The notes: generated from the sequence alone by a model not told the origin. A DNA stretch of 29,366 bases from an uncultured Oligoflexus sp. (GCA_964236955.1 CAXSGP010000058.1:1-29366); one strand, 5' to 3'; numbered from the stretch's first letter, positions 18,652 through 28,318 are shown. Made by a program: numbers and translations.

Positions 18652-18678
18652 TCAAGCCCCGGTCCCTTAGTCCGAAAC
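18652..18678 (+). promoter_or_regulatory. Sigma-28 (FliA)-type promoter of the che operon
   Basis: TCAAG-N14-TCCGAAAC, ending 36 nt before the cheA ATG at 18714. Confidence 0.6.
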
Positions 18679-18713
18679 TAAACTGTTGCCGTTTAGTGAG
18701 GAAAGGTTCGTTC

Positions 18714-21545
18714 ATGAGTAAAGTCCATAACGGAACGGGTGCGATCGGAGAGTTCTTGGCAGAAGCCGAGGAACAGCTCGAACGTATCACCCTAAAGCTT
18801 AGCCCTGCCGATCCAGCCGAAGTGGATCATGAGGCCATTCATTTCATTTACCGAGAACTCCACTCACTCAAGGGCAATGCTCACCTCTTCGGCTGTCATG
18901 CCCTGGCGCAGGTTGCCCATACCCTGGAATCGTCGATCGATTCGGCACGTAAGGCCGAGCAATCGCTATCCCCCGAACTATCGGATCAACTCGACAATGG
19001 TCTGGGTCTTTTGGAACGGATGATCAAAGACCTGAGAGATGGTACCGGAGAAAACTTCAGCCGGGATATGACCCGGCTCATCACGCAGCTGAGCGAAATC
19101 GTATCGCGCCGACTCAATGGGGGCGGCTTTCCCCCTTACGGCAAAGGCATGCAGCCTCCCCCTGATAGTGGAGCTTTAAGGTCCCCACAGCTTTTCGCTG
19201 GAGCCATCTCTCCGCCCGACCCAGTGTTTGTCCCGTTGGCCACTCCCGCAGCGGCGCCACCCCCTGCCCCGGCAAGCTCAGCAGCGAGCCCCTATGCGTC
19301 TCCTTCCTCAGCTGCTATTGAACCAGCTTCAAAGCCAAATGCCCAGGCAGCGGTGTCTGCCATCACTTCCACTCCGCTTAAAGGCAAAATTCAGGGGATC
19401 GACCCAAATAGCAAGTCCTCAGTAAATGCTGGAGAGCAAAGCGGCCAGGAAACACTTAGGGTGCAGGTCAATCTTCTCGACAGCCTCATGAACCTGGTCG
19501 GCGAGCTCGTGCTCGTTCGCAACCAGGTTATAAGAAAAAGTAATTCCCAGGCTGAAGACTTCGAATTCGTAAACCTTTCGCAGCGTCTCGATGTCATCAC
19601 GACCGGACTTCAGAATGAAGTGATGAAGACTCGGATGCAGCCCATCGGCAGCGTCCTTACCAAATTTCACCGGCTCGTCCGTGACCTCTCTCGAGATCTC
19701 AATAAAGATATCAATCTCAAACTCGAAGGGACCGAGACCGAGCTTGATAAGACTCTGATCGAAGCCGTCAAAGACCCTCTGACCCACATAGTCCGAAATT
19801 CTATCGATCATGGGATCGAATCCAAAAACGACCGTGCCCTTGCCGGCAAAACAAAAACGGGGACCGTACAGATTCGCGCCTATCACGAAGGTGGCCAGAT
19901 CGTTATCGAGGTTAGCGATGACGGAAAAGGACTGCAACGGCAAAAAATCGGCAATAAAGCGATTGAAGTCGGCCTGATCACTGCGGAAGCTTTCAAAAAA
20001 ATGTCGGATCGGGAAGTCTGCAATCTCATTTTTCTGGCCGGCTTTTCCACCGCCGATAAGGTGTCGAATATATCAGGCCGCGGTGTGGGCATGGACGTCG
20101 TTCGTACGAATATCGAAAAGATAGGCGGTGTCGTCGATATCTCATCGGTCGAAGGCCAGGGCTCGACGATTAGGCTCAAAATTCCGTTGACACTTGCTAT
20201 CGTTCCCGCGCTATTGATCAAGACCGGAGGCCAGTCGTTTGCCATTCCCCAGGTGAAATTAACCGAACTCGTCCGCCTTCATAAAGCTGATGATCATAAT
20301 TCCAATCGTATCGAGCGCCTCCAGGGTCAAGCAGTCTTCCGCCTCCGCGGCAGCCTTTTACCACTGATCTCTCTCAACGAACTCCTTGGGCTAGACGATG
20401 ACGCTCTCAAAAGCAATGGGGATGAAGACATAATCTCCATTGTCGTCTTACAGGCAGACTCCGGTGTATTCGGCGTCATCGTCGACGAGATCGACGATTC
20501 CACCGACATCGTCGTCAAGTCTCTGAGTGGGTTTTTAAAAAATCTCAATGTCTATTCCGGCGCTACTGTCTTGGGTGACGGATCCGTGGCCTTGGTCCTC
20601 GATGTTGCCGGGCTCGCCGAACGAGCGAAAGTGTTTAGCGGCAGCCGGGACCAGGATACGACTGCAGCTGAGAACGTGGCCAACCTTCACGAAGACATCA
20701 CCGAGTATCTCTTAGTCGATATCGGTATCGAAGGGCGTTATGGTATCCCCCTGTTCGTCGTCAATCGTCTCGAGGAATTTCCAATCGATTGGATCGAACG
20801 GACGGGCGACCAGCTGGTCGTACGCTATCGGGACTCGATTTTGCCACTGATCGACACCGCCAGCAAACTAAGCGGTAATAACCAACCGCAAAAATTTGCC
20901 GCTGACTATTGTTCGGTCATTGTCGTTCAGCAAAACGGCAGACTCTATGGCCTGATCGTCCATCAGATACTGGACATCATCGGTATGCCCGGGAGCGTCG
21001 ATGAATCGATACGCGATAAGGATTGCCTGCTTGGCACCAAGATCCATGCCGGGCATATCATCTCCGTCATCGATGCCTTCAACATCATTAGCAAGCAATT
21101 CCCTGCGCTCTTTACGGCAGCTGCGGCAGGTCACACTAATCATCAGATAGGGATCCTTTACGCCGAGGACAACGAATTCTTTCAGCGCCAGATTTCCAAG
21201 ATGCTGGAATCCGCAGGCTTCAAAGTCACCTGCGCCAGCAACGGCGAAGAGGCATTTCAAAGGCTTTCCGCCGACGGCCACGACGCCTTTGATCTGCTCG
21301 TCTCGGATCTGGACATGCCCGTCATGGATGGCTTTCATCTGGTCGAGAAGGTACGGGCGAACGCCCTGATCAAACGACTTCCCGTTGTGGCCCTCTCATC
21401 CCGATCAAAGCTCCTTACCGAAGGCCAGGCATTGAAAGCGGGCTTCGATTCCTATATCGAAAAATCCGACATCGCCCGTCTGATCGATGTGGTCAATGAA
21501 TACGCCAGCATCCATCGGACAAGAGAGGTCAAACGTGGAGCTTAG
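18714..21545 (+). CDS. cheA: Hybrid chemotaxis kinase CheA (Hpt-linker-dimerisation-HATPase-CheW-CheW-REC)
   Basis: ELHSLKG (Hpt), LDSLMNLVGELVLVRNQ, HIVRNSIDHGIE, SGRGVGMDVV, two CheW domains and C-terminal AED/VSDLDMP REC. Start ATG 18714. Confidence 0.97.
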   Translation: MSKVHNGTGAIGEFLAEAEEQLERITLKLSPADPAEVDHEAIHFIYRELHSLKGNAHLFGCHALAQVAHTLESSIDSARKAEQSLSPELSDQLDNGLGLLERMIKDLRDGTGENFSRDMTRLITQLSEIVSRRLNGGGFPPYGKGMQPPPDSGALRSPQLFAGAISPPDPVFVPLATPAAAPPPAPASSAASPYASPSSAAIEPASKPNAQAAVSAITSTPLKGKIQGIDPNSKSSVNAGEQSGQETLRVQVNLLDSLMNLVGELVLVRNQVIRKSNSQAEDFEFVNLSQRLDVITTGLQNEVMKTRMQPIGSVLTKFHRLVRDLSRDLNKDINLKLEGTETELDKTLIEAVKDPLTHIVRNSIDHGIESKNDRALAGKTKTGTVQIRAYHEGGQIVIEVSDDGKGLQRQKIGNKAIEVGLITAEAFKKMSDREVCNLIFLAGFSTADKVSNISGRGVGMDVVRTNIEKIGGVVDISSVEGQGSTIRLKIPLTLAIVPALLIKTGGQSFAIPQVKLTELVRLHKADDHNSNRIERLQGQAVFRLRGSLLPLISLNELLGLDDDALKSNGDEDIISIVVLQADSGVFGVIVDEIDDSTDIVVKSLSGFLKNLNVYSGATVLGDGSVALVLDVAGLAERAKVFSGSRDQDTTAAENVANLHEDITEYLLVDIGIEGRYGIPLFVVNRLEEFPIDWIERTGDQLVVRYRDSILPLIDTASKLSGNNQPQKFAADYCSVIVVQQNGRLYGLIVHQILDIIGMPGSVDESIRDKDCLLGTKIHAGHIISVIDAFNIISKQFPALFTAAAAGHTNHQIGILYAEDNEFFQRQISKMLESAGFKVTCASNGEEAFQRLSADGHDAFDLLVSDLDMPVMDGFHLVEKVRANALIKRLPVVALSSRSKLLTEGQALKAGFDSYIEKSDIARLIDVVNEYASIHRTREVKRGA

Positions 21546-22020
21546 AAAAGAACCTTTAACCCTATCGATCGTTGGCCGAGGCCTTGAGCCCCATCGCCAG
21601 CTCTGTACATTCTATGTGGAGGGTCAACTTTATGGCATCGACGTGATTCAGGTTCAGGAGGTGGTCAAACATTTGCCCATGTCGCGCATTCCCCTGGCAT
21701 CGAATTATGTTCGGGGCCTGATCAATCTCAGGGGGCAGGTCGCCACCGCGATCGGACTCAGGGAACTCTTTGCGATTTCCGCGAAAGGTCGAGCCGAGTC
21801 GATGAATGTCATCCTCAAACACGAAGGCACTCTTATTGCTCTTCAGGTTGATGAAATAGGCGATGTAATGGAAGTGGAACGGGCCGAAATCGAACGCATT
21901 CCCGCAACGATTCCCGAGACAATTCGCACTTATATGGCCGGCGTATTCCAGCTTAAAGGTTCTCTGCTCTGCGTTATCGATCTCAGTCAACTCTTTAAAA
22001 ATGTAGGCGAAACACTATGA
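21535..22020 (+). CDS. cheW: Chemotaxis adaptor CheW
   Basis: [20 protein letters not shown] and VDEIGDV. GTG 21535 with SD GAGAGG, overlapping the cheA end. Confidence 0.95.
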   Translation: MELRKEPLTLSIVGRGLEPHRQLCTFYVEGQLYGIDVIQVQEVVKHLPMSRIPLASNYVRGLINLRGQVATAIGLRELFAISAKGRAESMNVILKHEGTLIALQVDEIGDVMEVERAEIERIPATIPETIRTYMAGVFQLKGSLLCVIDLSQLFKNVGETL

Positions 22021-23984
22021 GTTCAGCAAGTAAAAAAGTATCAGAAATCAGTCCAGGTAAGGGCAAAGTCAAAGCCCCTTCGCTGGCTTCAGTCGCCGAA
22101 ATGATGCGCCTGGCTATCGACGAAACTTACGCGACCATTGAATTTAGTCCCGATGGCGCGATAACCCGCGCCAATCGACTCTTCCTCGATCTGCTTGGGT
22201 ATGACGCAGAAGAGATTGAAGGCAAACATCACCGCATGTTTGTCGATAATTCGGAAAAAGACAGTCTCGAATATCGACGCTTTTGGGAGGAACTCAATCG
22301 CGGCAATCCTCAAACCCGTGAATTCAAACGTATCACCAAATCGGGGCGACCGGTTTGGATCAACGCCTCCTACATGCCGCTTAAAGATGCCAAGGGCAAA
22401 GTCCATGGCATCGTGAAGCTCGCGCAGGATTTTACCCGCCAACGCCTGGAAACGAACGATTTTATCGGCCAGGTCGCCGCCATAGGGAAGTCCCAGGCTG
22501 TCGTTGAATTCAAAATGGACGGCACCGTCCTTAGCGCCAACGACAACTTCCTCGCGGCTATCGGTTATCGACTCGATGAAATAAAAGGGCAAAACCATAG
22601 CATGTTCATCGATTCGAGCACATCGCGATCCGAGGACTACAAAAAATTCTGGGACAATCTCCGCACCGGCCTGTTTCAGGCAGCGGAATATAAGCGTCTC
22701 GGCAAGGGGGGCCGCGAGATCTGGATTCAGGCCAGCTATAACCCTATCTTTGACATCGACGGTAAGCCCTACAAAGTCGTCAAATACGCGACCGAAATCA
22801 CGGCGATAAAGCTGAAAGCCTCTGACTATGAAGGACAGATCGCGGCCATCGGCAAATCCCAGGCCGTCATTGAATTCAATCTCGATGGAACCATCCTGAA
22901 CGCCAACGCCAATTTCCTAAATACCCTCGGCTATACCGCCGACGAAATTCGCGGCAAGCATCATAGCCTGTTCCTTGATGAAGCGACGCGCAACTCGGCC
23001 GCCTACCGCGCCTTCTGGGACAAACTCAATCGCGGTGAATACGATGCCGGACAGTACTGCCGGATCAGCAAGAGCGGTAAGGAGGTCTGGATCCAGGCTT
23101 CCTACAATCCAATCATGGGCATCAATGGAAAGCCTTTCAAAGTTGTGAAGTACGCGACTGACATCACAGAAAAAGTCGGAATTATCAAGAACTTGACCGA
23201 AGCGGCCAACCATCTGGCCGTATCGTCGAATGAGTTGAATTCCGCGGCTAACGACATGGCTCAGAGTTCGGCACTAACGAACGATCAGGCCAATGCCGCG
23301 TCTTCCACCTCAACCCGCGTGGCGAAAGGTGTTGAGGAAGTCGCGACCAACACCGAAGAAATGCAGGCGTCGATCAAAGAGATCGCACGTAACGCCAACG
23401 AGGCTTCGAACATGTCTAACGAGACCAAGCGCCAGGCGATATCGACGAACAATACGATTCAAAAACTCGGCGAAAGCAGCAAAGAGATCGGCAATGTGAT
23501 CAAAGTGATCTCATCGATCGCGCAGCAGACCAACCTCCTCGCTCTCAATGCAACGATCGAAGCGGCAAGGGCCGGAGATGCCGGTCGTGGGTTTGCCGTG
23601 GTTGCCAACGAGGTTAAGGAGCTCGCCAAGCAGACCGCCAAAGCTACCGAAGAAATTACCAATAAAATCAGCGCAATACAGGCCGATTCTATCGATGCTG
23701 TCAAAGCGATTTCAGGCATTGGGCATAGTATTGAAAAACTAAATGCCATCGCCGGCGCGATCGCTGCATCCGTCGAGGAACAAGCTGCGACAACGAGCGA
23801 AGTCGCCCGCGTGGTCAGGGAATCCAACACCGGCGTCCAAGGCATCACGGACAACGTGCGATCGGTTAGCGTGGCTGCTACGCAGACCTCGATCGGTGCG
23901 ATGCAGGTCATGAACTCGGCGAAGGCCCTGCAGGACCTTTCGACCCGACTCCAGGCAATGGTCAAGAGTCTGCGCAATACTTAA
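22017..23984 (+). CDS. Soluble methyl-accepting chemotaxis protein with three PAS/PAC domains
   Basis: Three repeats of (I/V)EFxxDGxxxxAN...FW...W(I)xASYxP, no TM segment, signalling hairpin [37 protein letters not shown]. Confidence 0.96.
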   Translation: MSSASKKVSEISPGKGKVKAPSLASVAEMMRLAIDETYATIEFSPDGAITRANRLFLDLLGYDAEEIEGKHHRMFVDNSEKDSLEYRRFWEELNRGNPQTREFKRITKSGRPVWINASYMPLKDAKGKVHGIVKLAQDFTRQRLETNDFIGQVAAIGKSQAVVEFKMDGTVLSANDNFLAAIGYRLDEIKGQNHSMFIDSSTSRSEDYKKFWDNLRTGLFQAAEYKRLGKGGREIWIQASYNPIFDIDGKPYKVVKYATEITAIKLKASDYEGQIAAIGKSQAVIEFNLDGTILNANANFLNTLGYTADEIRGKHHSLFLDEATRNSAAYRAFWDKLNRGEYDAGQYCRISKSGKEVWIQASYNPIMGINGKPFKVVKYATDITEKVGIIKNLTEAANHLAVSSNELNSAANDMAQSSALTNDQANAASSTSTRVAKGVEEVATNTEEMQASIKEIARNANEASNMSNETKRQAISTNNTIQKLGESSKEIGNVIKVISSIAQQTNLLALNATIEAARAGDAGRGFAVVANEVKELAKQTAKATEEITNKISAIQADSIDAVKAISGIGHSIEKLNAIAGAIAASVEEQAATTSEVARVVRESNTGVQGITDNVRSVSVAATQTSIGAMQVMNSAKALQDLSTRLQAMVKSLRNT

Positions 23985-23999
23985 AACTAAGGACTAAAA

Positions 24000-25034
24000 G
24001 TGTTAAAAGTCTTTATCGCCGATGATTCGATAACGTATCGAACCCAAATCGAAAAGCGTCTCGCCTTGAGCCCCAAGGTCGAGGTGATTGGATCGTCGCG
24101 TATAGGCACTGGAACAGCGAAGATCATAGGGAACAATAAGCCCGACCTCCTTATCTTGGATCTTGAAAGTGCAGAAAGCTCCGGCTTTGCCCTACTCGAG
24201 GTTCTTCATATGGATGAGGCGATGAGTTTCCCCTTGTTGGGACTGATCGGCCAGGAAAAGCTGCGCAGCAAGGCCCAGCTTTTGGGCTGCATTGATCTCA
24301 TCGGTAAAACGGCTGGCAATCGCGACGAACAGATGCAAGACAGTATACGTGTCGCCGAATCGGTGCTGGGCTTTGCCCTTAACCTTCTCGATAAAACAGC
24401 TCCGAGGCCCAAGGCCGCTGAACCAAGATCCCGCTCTGGCTTCGCTGCTTTCGAACCGAGCGCGATTGTAATTGCCAGTTCAACGGGTGGCCCGCCGGTA
24501 TTGGACCAGATCTTCAAAAGAGTTAAGGATGCGATAACGATACCGGTCCTCATCACCCAGCACATGCCGGAAAGTTTTACGAAAGATCTTTCCCGTCGAC
24601 TGGCGCAGGTCAGCCATAATACGGTTCGGGAAGCAATCGATGGCGAAGAGATATTGCCAGGGCTTGTGTATGTGGCTCCTGGCAATTTTCACATGCGCCT
24701 GACCGGGAACAGCCATCGGGCTAAAATCGTCATCGACCAGGGCGATAGGCTCCATAGCGTTCGACCGGCAGCTGACTACCTCTTTAAGTCCGCCGCCGCA
24801 ATCTACGGTGCTAAGCTGATGGGGTTTATCCTCACAGGCATGGGGAACGATGGTGCCGAAGGTGCCCGCTGTATAAAACAATTGGGTGGCATGGTGATGC
24901 TGCAGGATAAAGAATCGTCGGCCGTGTGGGGCATGCCTGGGGCAGCCCATGCGCTGGGAGCCTTTGATGGCATAGGATCCATCGATACGATCACCGAGCT
25001 GTTCATCAAAATGACGACGAGGAAAATGCCATGA
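24000..25034 (+). CDS. cheB: Chemotaxis methylesterase CheB (divergent REC + methylesterase)
   Basis: Catalytic motifs SSTGGP, QHMP and LTGMGNDG. GTG start with SD AAGGA. Confidence 0.95.
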   Translation: MLKVFIADDSITYRTQIEKRLALSPKVEVIGSSRIGTGTAKIIGNNKPDLLILDLESAESSGFALLEVLHMDEAMSFPLLGLIGQEKLRSKAQLLGCIDLIGKTAGNRDEQMQDSIRVAESVLGFALNLLDKTAPRPKAAEPRSRSGFAAFEPSAIVIASSTGGPPVLDQIFKRVKDAITIPVLITQHMPESFTKDLSRRLAQVSHNTVREAIDGEEILPGLVYVAPGNFHMRLTGNSHRAKIVIDQGDRLHSVRPAADYLFKSAAAIYGAKLMGFILTGMGNDGAEGARCIKQLGGMVMLQDKESSAVWGMPGAAHALGAFDGIGSIDTITELFIKMTTRKMP

Positions 25035-25888
25035 AACTCTTTGGGGAATTTCTGATCGATGAAGGCATGATCACGAAGAAAGACTTCGTCGACGCGATGA
25101 TCATCCAGGCTGAGGCTTTACCCTCCCTACCCCTGGCCGTCCATGAACTCAAGATTTTTGACATCGACACCCAGCTCGCGATTTTTACTTATCAGGCTAC
25201 TCACTTCAAGGAATACCGCGCAGCCTGCGTGGAAATGGGGATCTGGGACGAAGCGACGATGGAACACCCGCTTGGTCGCTTTTTCCTATCCCGCCTCACG
25301 CCGCTGGGCGAGATTCTTGTGGAACAAGGCCGAATGACGATCACTCAACTTTCGAGGGCTCTCGAAAAATATATCGAACTGGGCGATAGCGTCTATGGTC
25401 CGAGTCCGATTAAACACCCTCCGGGACTTACCCTAGTCAAGAAAACCGCTCAGGCGTTTGTCGATATAAATGTCAAAAGGACCAATCTTCGCCCGACCTC
25501 AAACGAAGAGAAAAGGCTATATTTTCTTTATTGCAGGAGCTTCAACGAGCAGACTCTGTTTCGGCTTAAAAGCCTCTATCAAAAGCCGACCGAAGCCGAA
25601 CGACAGGCCCTTAAGAGCGAACTCAGTATGATTCGTCACGCGGCTCTATTCGTGCTGGCCTTTAAGAGTGCTCAGTTGCTTGAAACCTTTCTCAGGCTCA
25701 CCGACCCCAGCGAAGTGTTTGATCCGTCCAAGGTGAATTTGATCGATCAGGCGTTTAATCTCTTGTGGATACTGCGCGAGGGCCTTCTCGAAGGGCACCC
25801 CGAGATTGCAACTCTAGCCACCAATGCGATGGATTCCCGAGTGGACGAGATATGTTTTATCCTTGGCTATCGAGGCAAAGCAGCATGA
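25031..25888 (+). CDS. Uncharacterised che-operon protein (MshEN-like repeats plus a possible degenerate Hpt)
   Basis: ATGA overlaps with both cheB and cheR. Contains FGEFLIDEGMIT...Q and LGEILVEQGRMT..QL..AL motifs. Confidence 0.85.
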   Translation: MKLFGEFLIDEGMITKKDFVDAMIIQAEALPSLPLAVHELKIFDIDTQLAIFTYQATHFKEYRAACVEMGIWDEATMEHPLGRFFLSRLTPLGEILVEQGRMTITQLSRALEKYIELGDSVYGPSPIKHPPGLTLVKKTAQAFVDINVKRTNLRPTSNEEKRLYFLYCRSFNEQTLFRLKSLYQKPTEAERQALKSELSMIRHAALFVLAFKSAQLLETFLRLTDPSEVFDPSKVNLIDQAFNLLWILREGLLEGHPEIATLATNAMDSRVDEICFILGYRGKAA

Positions 25889-26736
25889 AGACATCGACGA
25901 TTATCGTTAAGTTTTTTGCCGACTATATTTCCTCGCAGCTTGGGATCATCTATTCCGAGACGAATTATTATCAGTTGGAGACGCGCCTCCAGGACGTCGC
26001 CGTCCGGCTCGGGCTGAAAGATGCAGAGGAGCTGTACATCCTTGCCTCCAAGGGATTCACCCCACGGATCAAAGGCATTTTGCTCGATCACGCGACTAAC
26101 AACGAAACCTTGTTCTTTCGTGATCCACCGGCCTTTTCGGCTATTGAGAAAACGATTGAAAATGAAGCGGTCAACCTGCGCAGCCGTGCCCAGCCTTTCC
26201 GTGTCTGGAGCGCGGCCTGTAGTTTTGGCCAGGAGGTTTATTCCATCGCCATGATTCTGCAGCGCCTGCATGGGAGCTTACCTCCATCTGGATTCGAGAT
26301 CATGGCGACCGATGTATCAAGTCGCGCCCTTAGAGCGGCGGAGGAAGGTGTCTATAGCGAAATGAACATCGAGCGGGGTTTGGATCCGGCCCTTCGCGAC
26401 CGCTACTTTCTCAAGGCATCGGGCGAAGCGGCTGACGACACCTGGAAGGTCCGGCCCGAGCTTCGCAAAAGTGTCCGTTTTCTTAATCAGAATCTTTTGG
26501 ATTCATTTGATGCGCTGGGAACCTTTGACCTCATTCTTTGCCGAAATGTCCTTATCTACCAAACGACGGCCTCCCGGAAAGAGATTGTCCAAAAACTCTA
26601 TGACCGTTTGAGTCGGGGCGGAATATTGGTCCTGGGATCTTCGGAAAGCCTCTTGGGAATCTCCGAGGATTTTGAAGCGGAACGCTTCGAACGAGCCACA
26701 CTCTATAGACGCAAAGCACCATTGAAAGCGAGTTGA
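25885..26736 (+). CDS. cheR: Chemotaxis methyltransferase CheR
   Basis: TNNETLFFRD, VWSAACSFGQEVYSIAM, ATDVS, FDLILCRNVLIY and LGSSE. Start ATG 25885 (ATGA overlap). Confidence 0.96.
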   Translation: MKTSTIIVKFFADYISSQLGIIYSETNYYQLETRLQDVAVRLGLKDAEELYILASKGFTPRIKGILLDHATNNETLFFRDPPAFSAIEKTIENEAVNLRSRAQPFRVWSAACSFGQEVYSIAMILQRLHGSLPPSGFEIMATDVSSRALRAAEEGVYSEMNIERGLDPALRDRYFLKASGEAADDTWKVRPELRKSVRFLNQNLLDSFDALGTFDLILCRNVLIYQTTASRKEIVQKLYDRLSRGGILVLGSSESLLGISEDFEAERFERATLYRRKAPLKAS

Positions 26737-26739
26737 GCC

Positions 26740-27408
26740 ATGGAACAGGACGAATTCGACCTTAAAATCAAACAGGATTTCATCAGCGAGGCCCTTGAAA
26801 TGTTAGGGTGGGTGGAAGACCAATTCCTGATTTTTGAGCAAGATCCCGGCAACTCAAAGGTCGTCGATGAAATCTTCCGTATGGCTCATACGGTAAAAGG
26901 TTCAGCTATGACCTGTGGGTTTACCAGGCTTGGCGAATTCGCACATGTTATGGAGGCCTTACTGGTAAAGATTCGCGAAGGCAAACATCAACCGGATTCG
27001 GAGTCGGTCGATGTGCTCTTGCGAGCGAACGACATGCTTCGTATGTCTGTCGAACTTTTGCGCAAAGACTTCGATGCCGCACTTGATACGGAGGAGATGG
27101 AACTGGAATTGAAGGCGTTCATTGGTAATGATCCGGACACCCGTTCCACAGCCTTTGCTGCCTTCGGCTTTTTTGACGACGATGAGGTGCCTGTGGCCCC
27201 CGTTCCGGCCCTTAGCGCTATCAAGCCGGAATCTTCATTCGTCAATGACCCGCTGAATAAACCCGATAATCCTCTCGCTGAGGCCAGCTTTCTATGCCTT
27301 AAGGCTTACCTTGTGCTGTCTAAGGATCAATCGCCAAATGGCGTCAAAGACTGCCTTGGTGCACTTGAGAAAGCCCTGGAACAGTTAACTATCCTACGAG
27401 CTGCCTAG
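26740..27408 (+). CDS. Stand-alone CheA-P1-like Hpt domain protein
   Basis: FISEA...IFRMAHTVKGSA..GF...AHVME, followed by an acidic linker (FGFFDDDE) and a short helical tail. No kinase or REC domain. Confidence 0.9.
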   Translation: MEQDEFDLKIKQDFISEALEMLGWVEDQFLIFEQDPGNSKVVDEIFRMAHTVKGSAMTCGFTRLGEFAHVMEALLVKIREGKHQPDSESVDVLLRANDMLRMSVELLRKDFDAALDTEEMELELKAFIGNDPDTRSTAFAAFGFFDDDEVPVAPVPALSAIKPESSFVNDPLNKPDNPLAEASFLCLKAYLVLSKDQSPNGVKDCLGALEKALEQLTILRAA

Positions 27409-27451
27409 TTTACAGTCTGGGGACAGGGATAATCAGTCCTGGTGCCTAGAC

Positions 27452-28318
27452 TTAAAACTGATAACCGGCACCGGCATAAATCGAAGTCATTTTATAGGCC
27501 ATCGGATCACCATCAGCATCCTTATCACTGAGGGCGTCCTGGGCCATGCGGTAGTTGAAGGTCAATAGCCAGCCATCATAAAAATTCCAGTTCACCCCTC
27601 CTTCCTCATGCAGGTAGTAGCCTTTACCCTTAAACACGCTGATCGGGGTAATAGCAGCATTTCCATAGACGACAATCCCCTCATAAACCTGGCTCGACAG
27701 ACTCACATCGATGGGCAGTGAGGCCGAACTGGAGTCAATCCCACCGCTGGCAGGACCTTCCGAACTAAAAAGGAAGAATTTCATCCCCCAGCCTACGGAA
27801 AAAGATAGCGGTGCGGCCGTGAAGCTCCATAAGGAACTACTGTATTCGATCCCTAGCATGGAATTAATACTTTTTTCCGAGGAGGTCGGTGGTGAAATGG
27901 AATCTATAAACGGGGTGCCATTGGTTGCCGTCGTCAGGGTCCAGCGGTCACCATCGTTCGGAGTGGGCGCAGGCTGTTCCCAGGAATAGGTGTAGCTACC
28001 ATAAAGTTTGTCTCCGTTGCGGTTCACCGAGGAACCCTCGGGTGCAGCTGTCCCATTCTTTGCCGCCTGCTCGATCTGATACTCTTTGGATTTTTGCGCT
28101 GCATTCTGATTCAATGCACCTCGAATGCCCGCTGTCAAACCACCTGTCGTGTCAAACATATTCAGGCGGTAAGAGGGAATGGTGATCGATTTCCCGCCCT
28201 TGGCTTTTAAGCTAACGGATCCATATTCAAGTCCCATCGATGCATCAACAGCAAAGGATGCCGAAGGAAGCATGATGATCCAACCAAGGAGAAGACTTGA
28301 GCTCGAGGCTTTTAACAT
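27452..28318 (-). CDS. Probable outer-membrane beta-barrel protein
   Basis: Signal peptide ending ASFA, alternating aromatic/polar strands, C-terminal IYAGAGYQF BAM-type signal. Confidence 0.75.
   Translation of the reverse strand: MLKASSSSLLLGWIIMLPSASFAVDASMGLEYGSVSLKAKGGKSITIPSYRLNMFDTTGGLTAGIRGALNQNAAQKSKEYQIEQAAKNGTAAPEGSSVNRNGDKLYGSYTYSWEQPAPTPNDGDRWTLTTATNGTPFIDSISPPTSSEKSINSMLGIEYSSSLWSFTAAPLSFSVGWGMKFFLFSSEGPASGGIDSSSASLPIDVSLSSQVYEGIVVYGNAAITPISVFKGKGYYLHEEGGVNWNFYDGWLLTFNYRMAQDALSDKDADGDPMAYKMTSIYAGAGYQF

Noticed and set aside
22130..23170. Three-fold internal repeat in the MCP gene as a DNA repeat or array
   Set aside because: Explained by tandem PAS domains with diverged synonymous sites. 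No CRISPR-like repeat-spacer structure was seen anywhere in the window.
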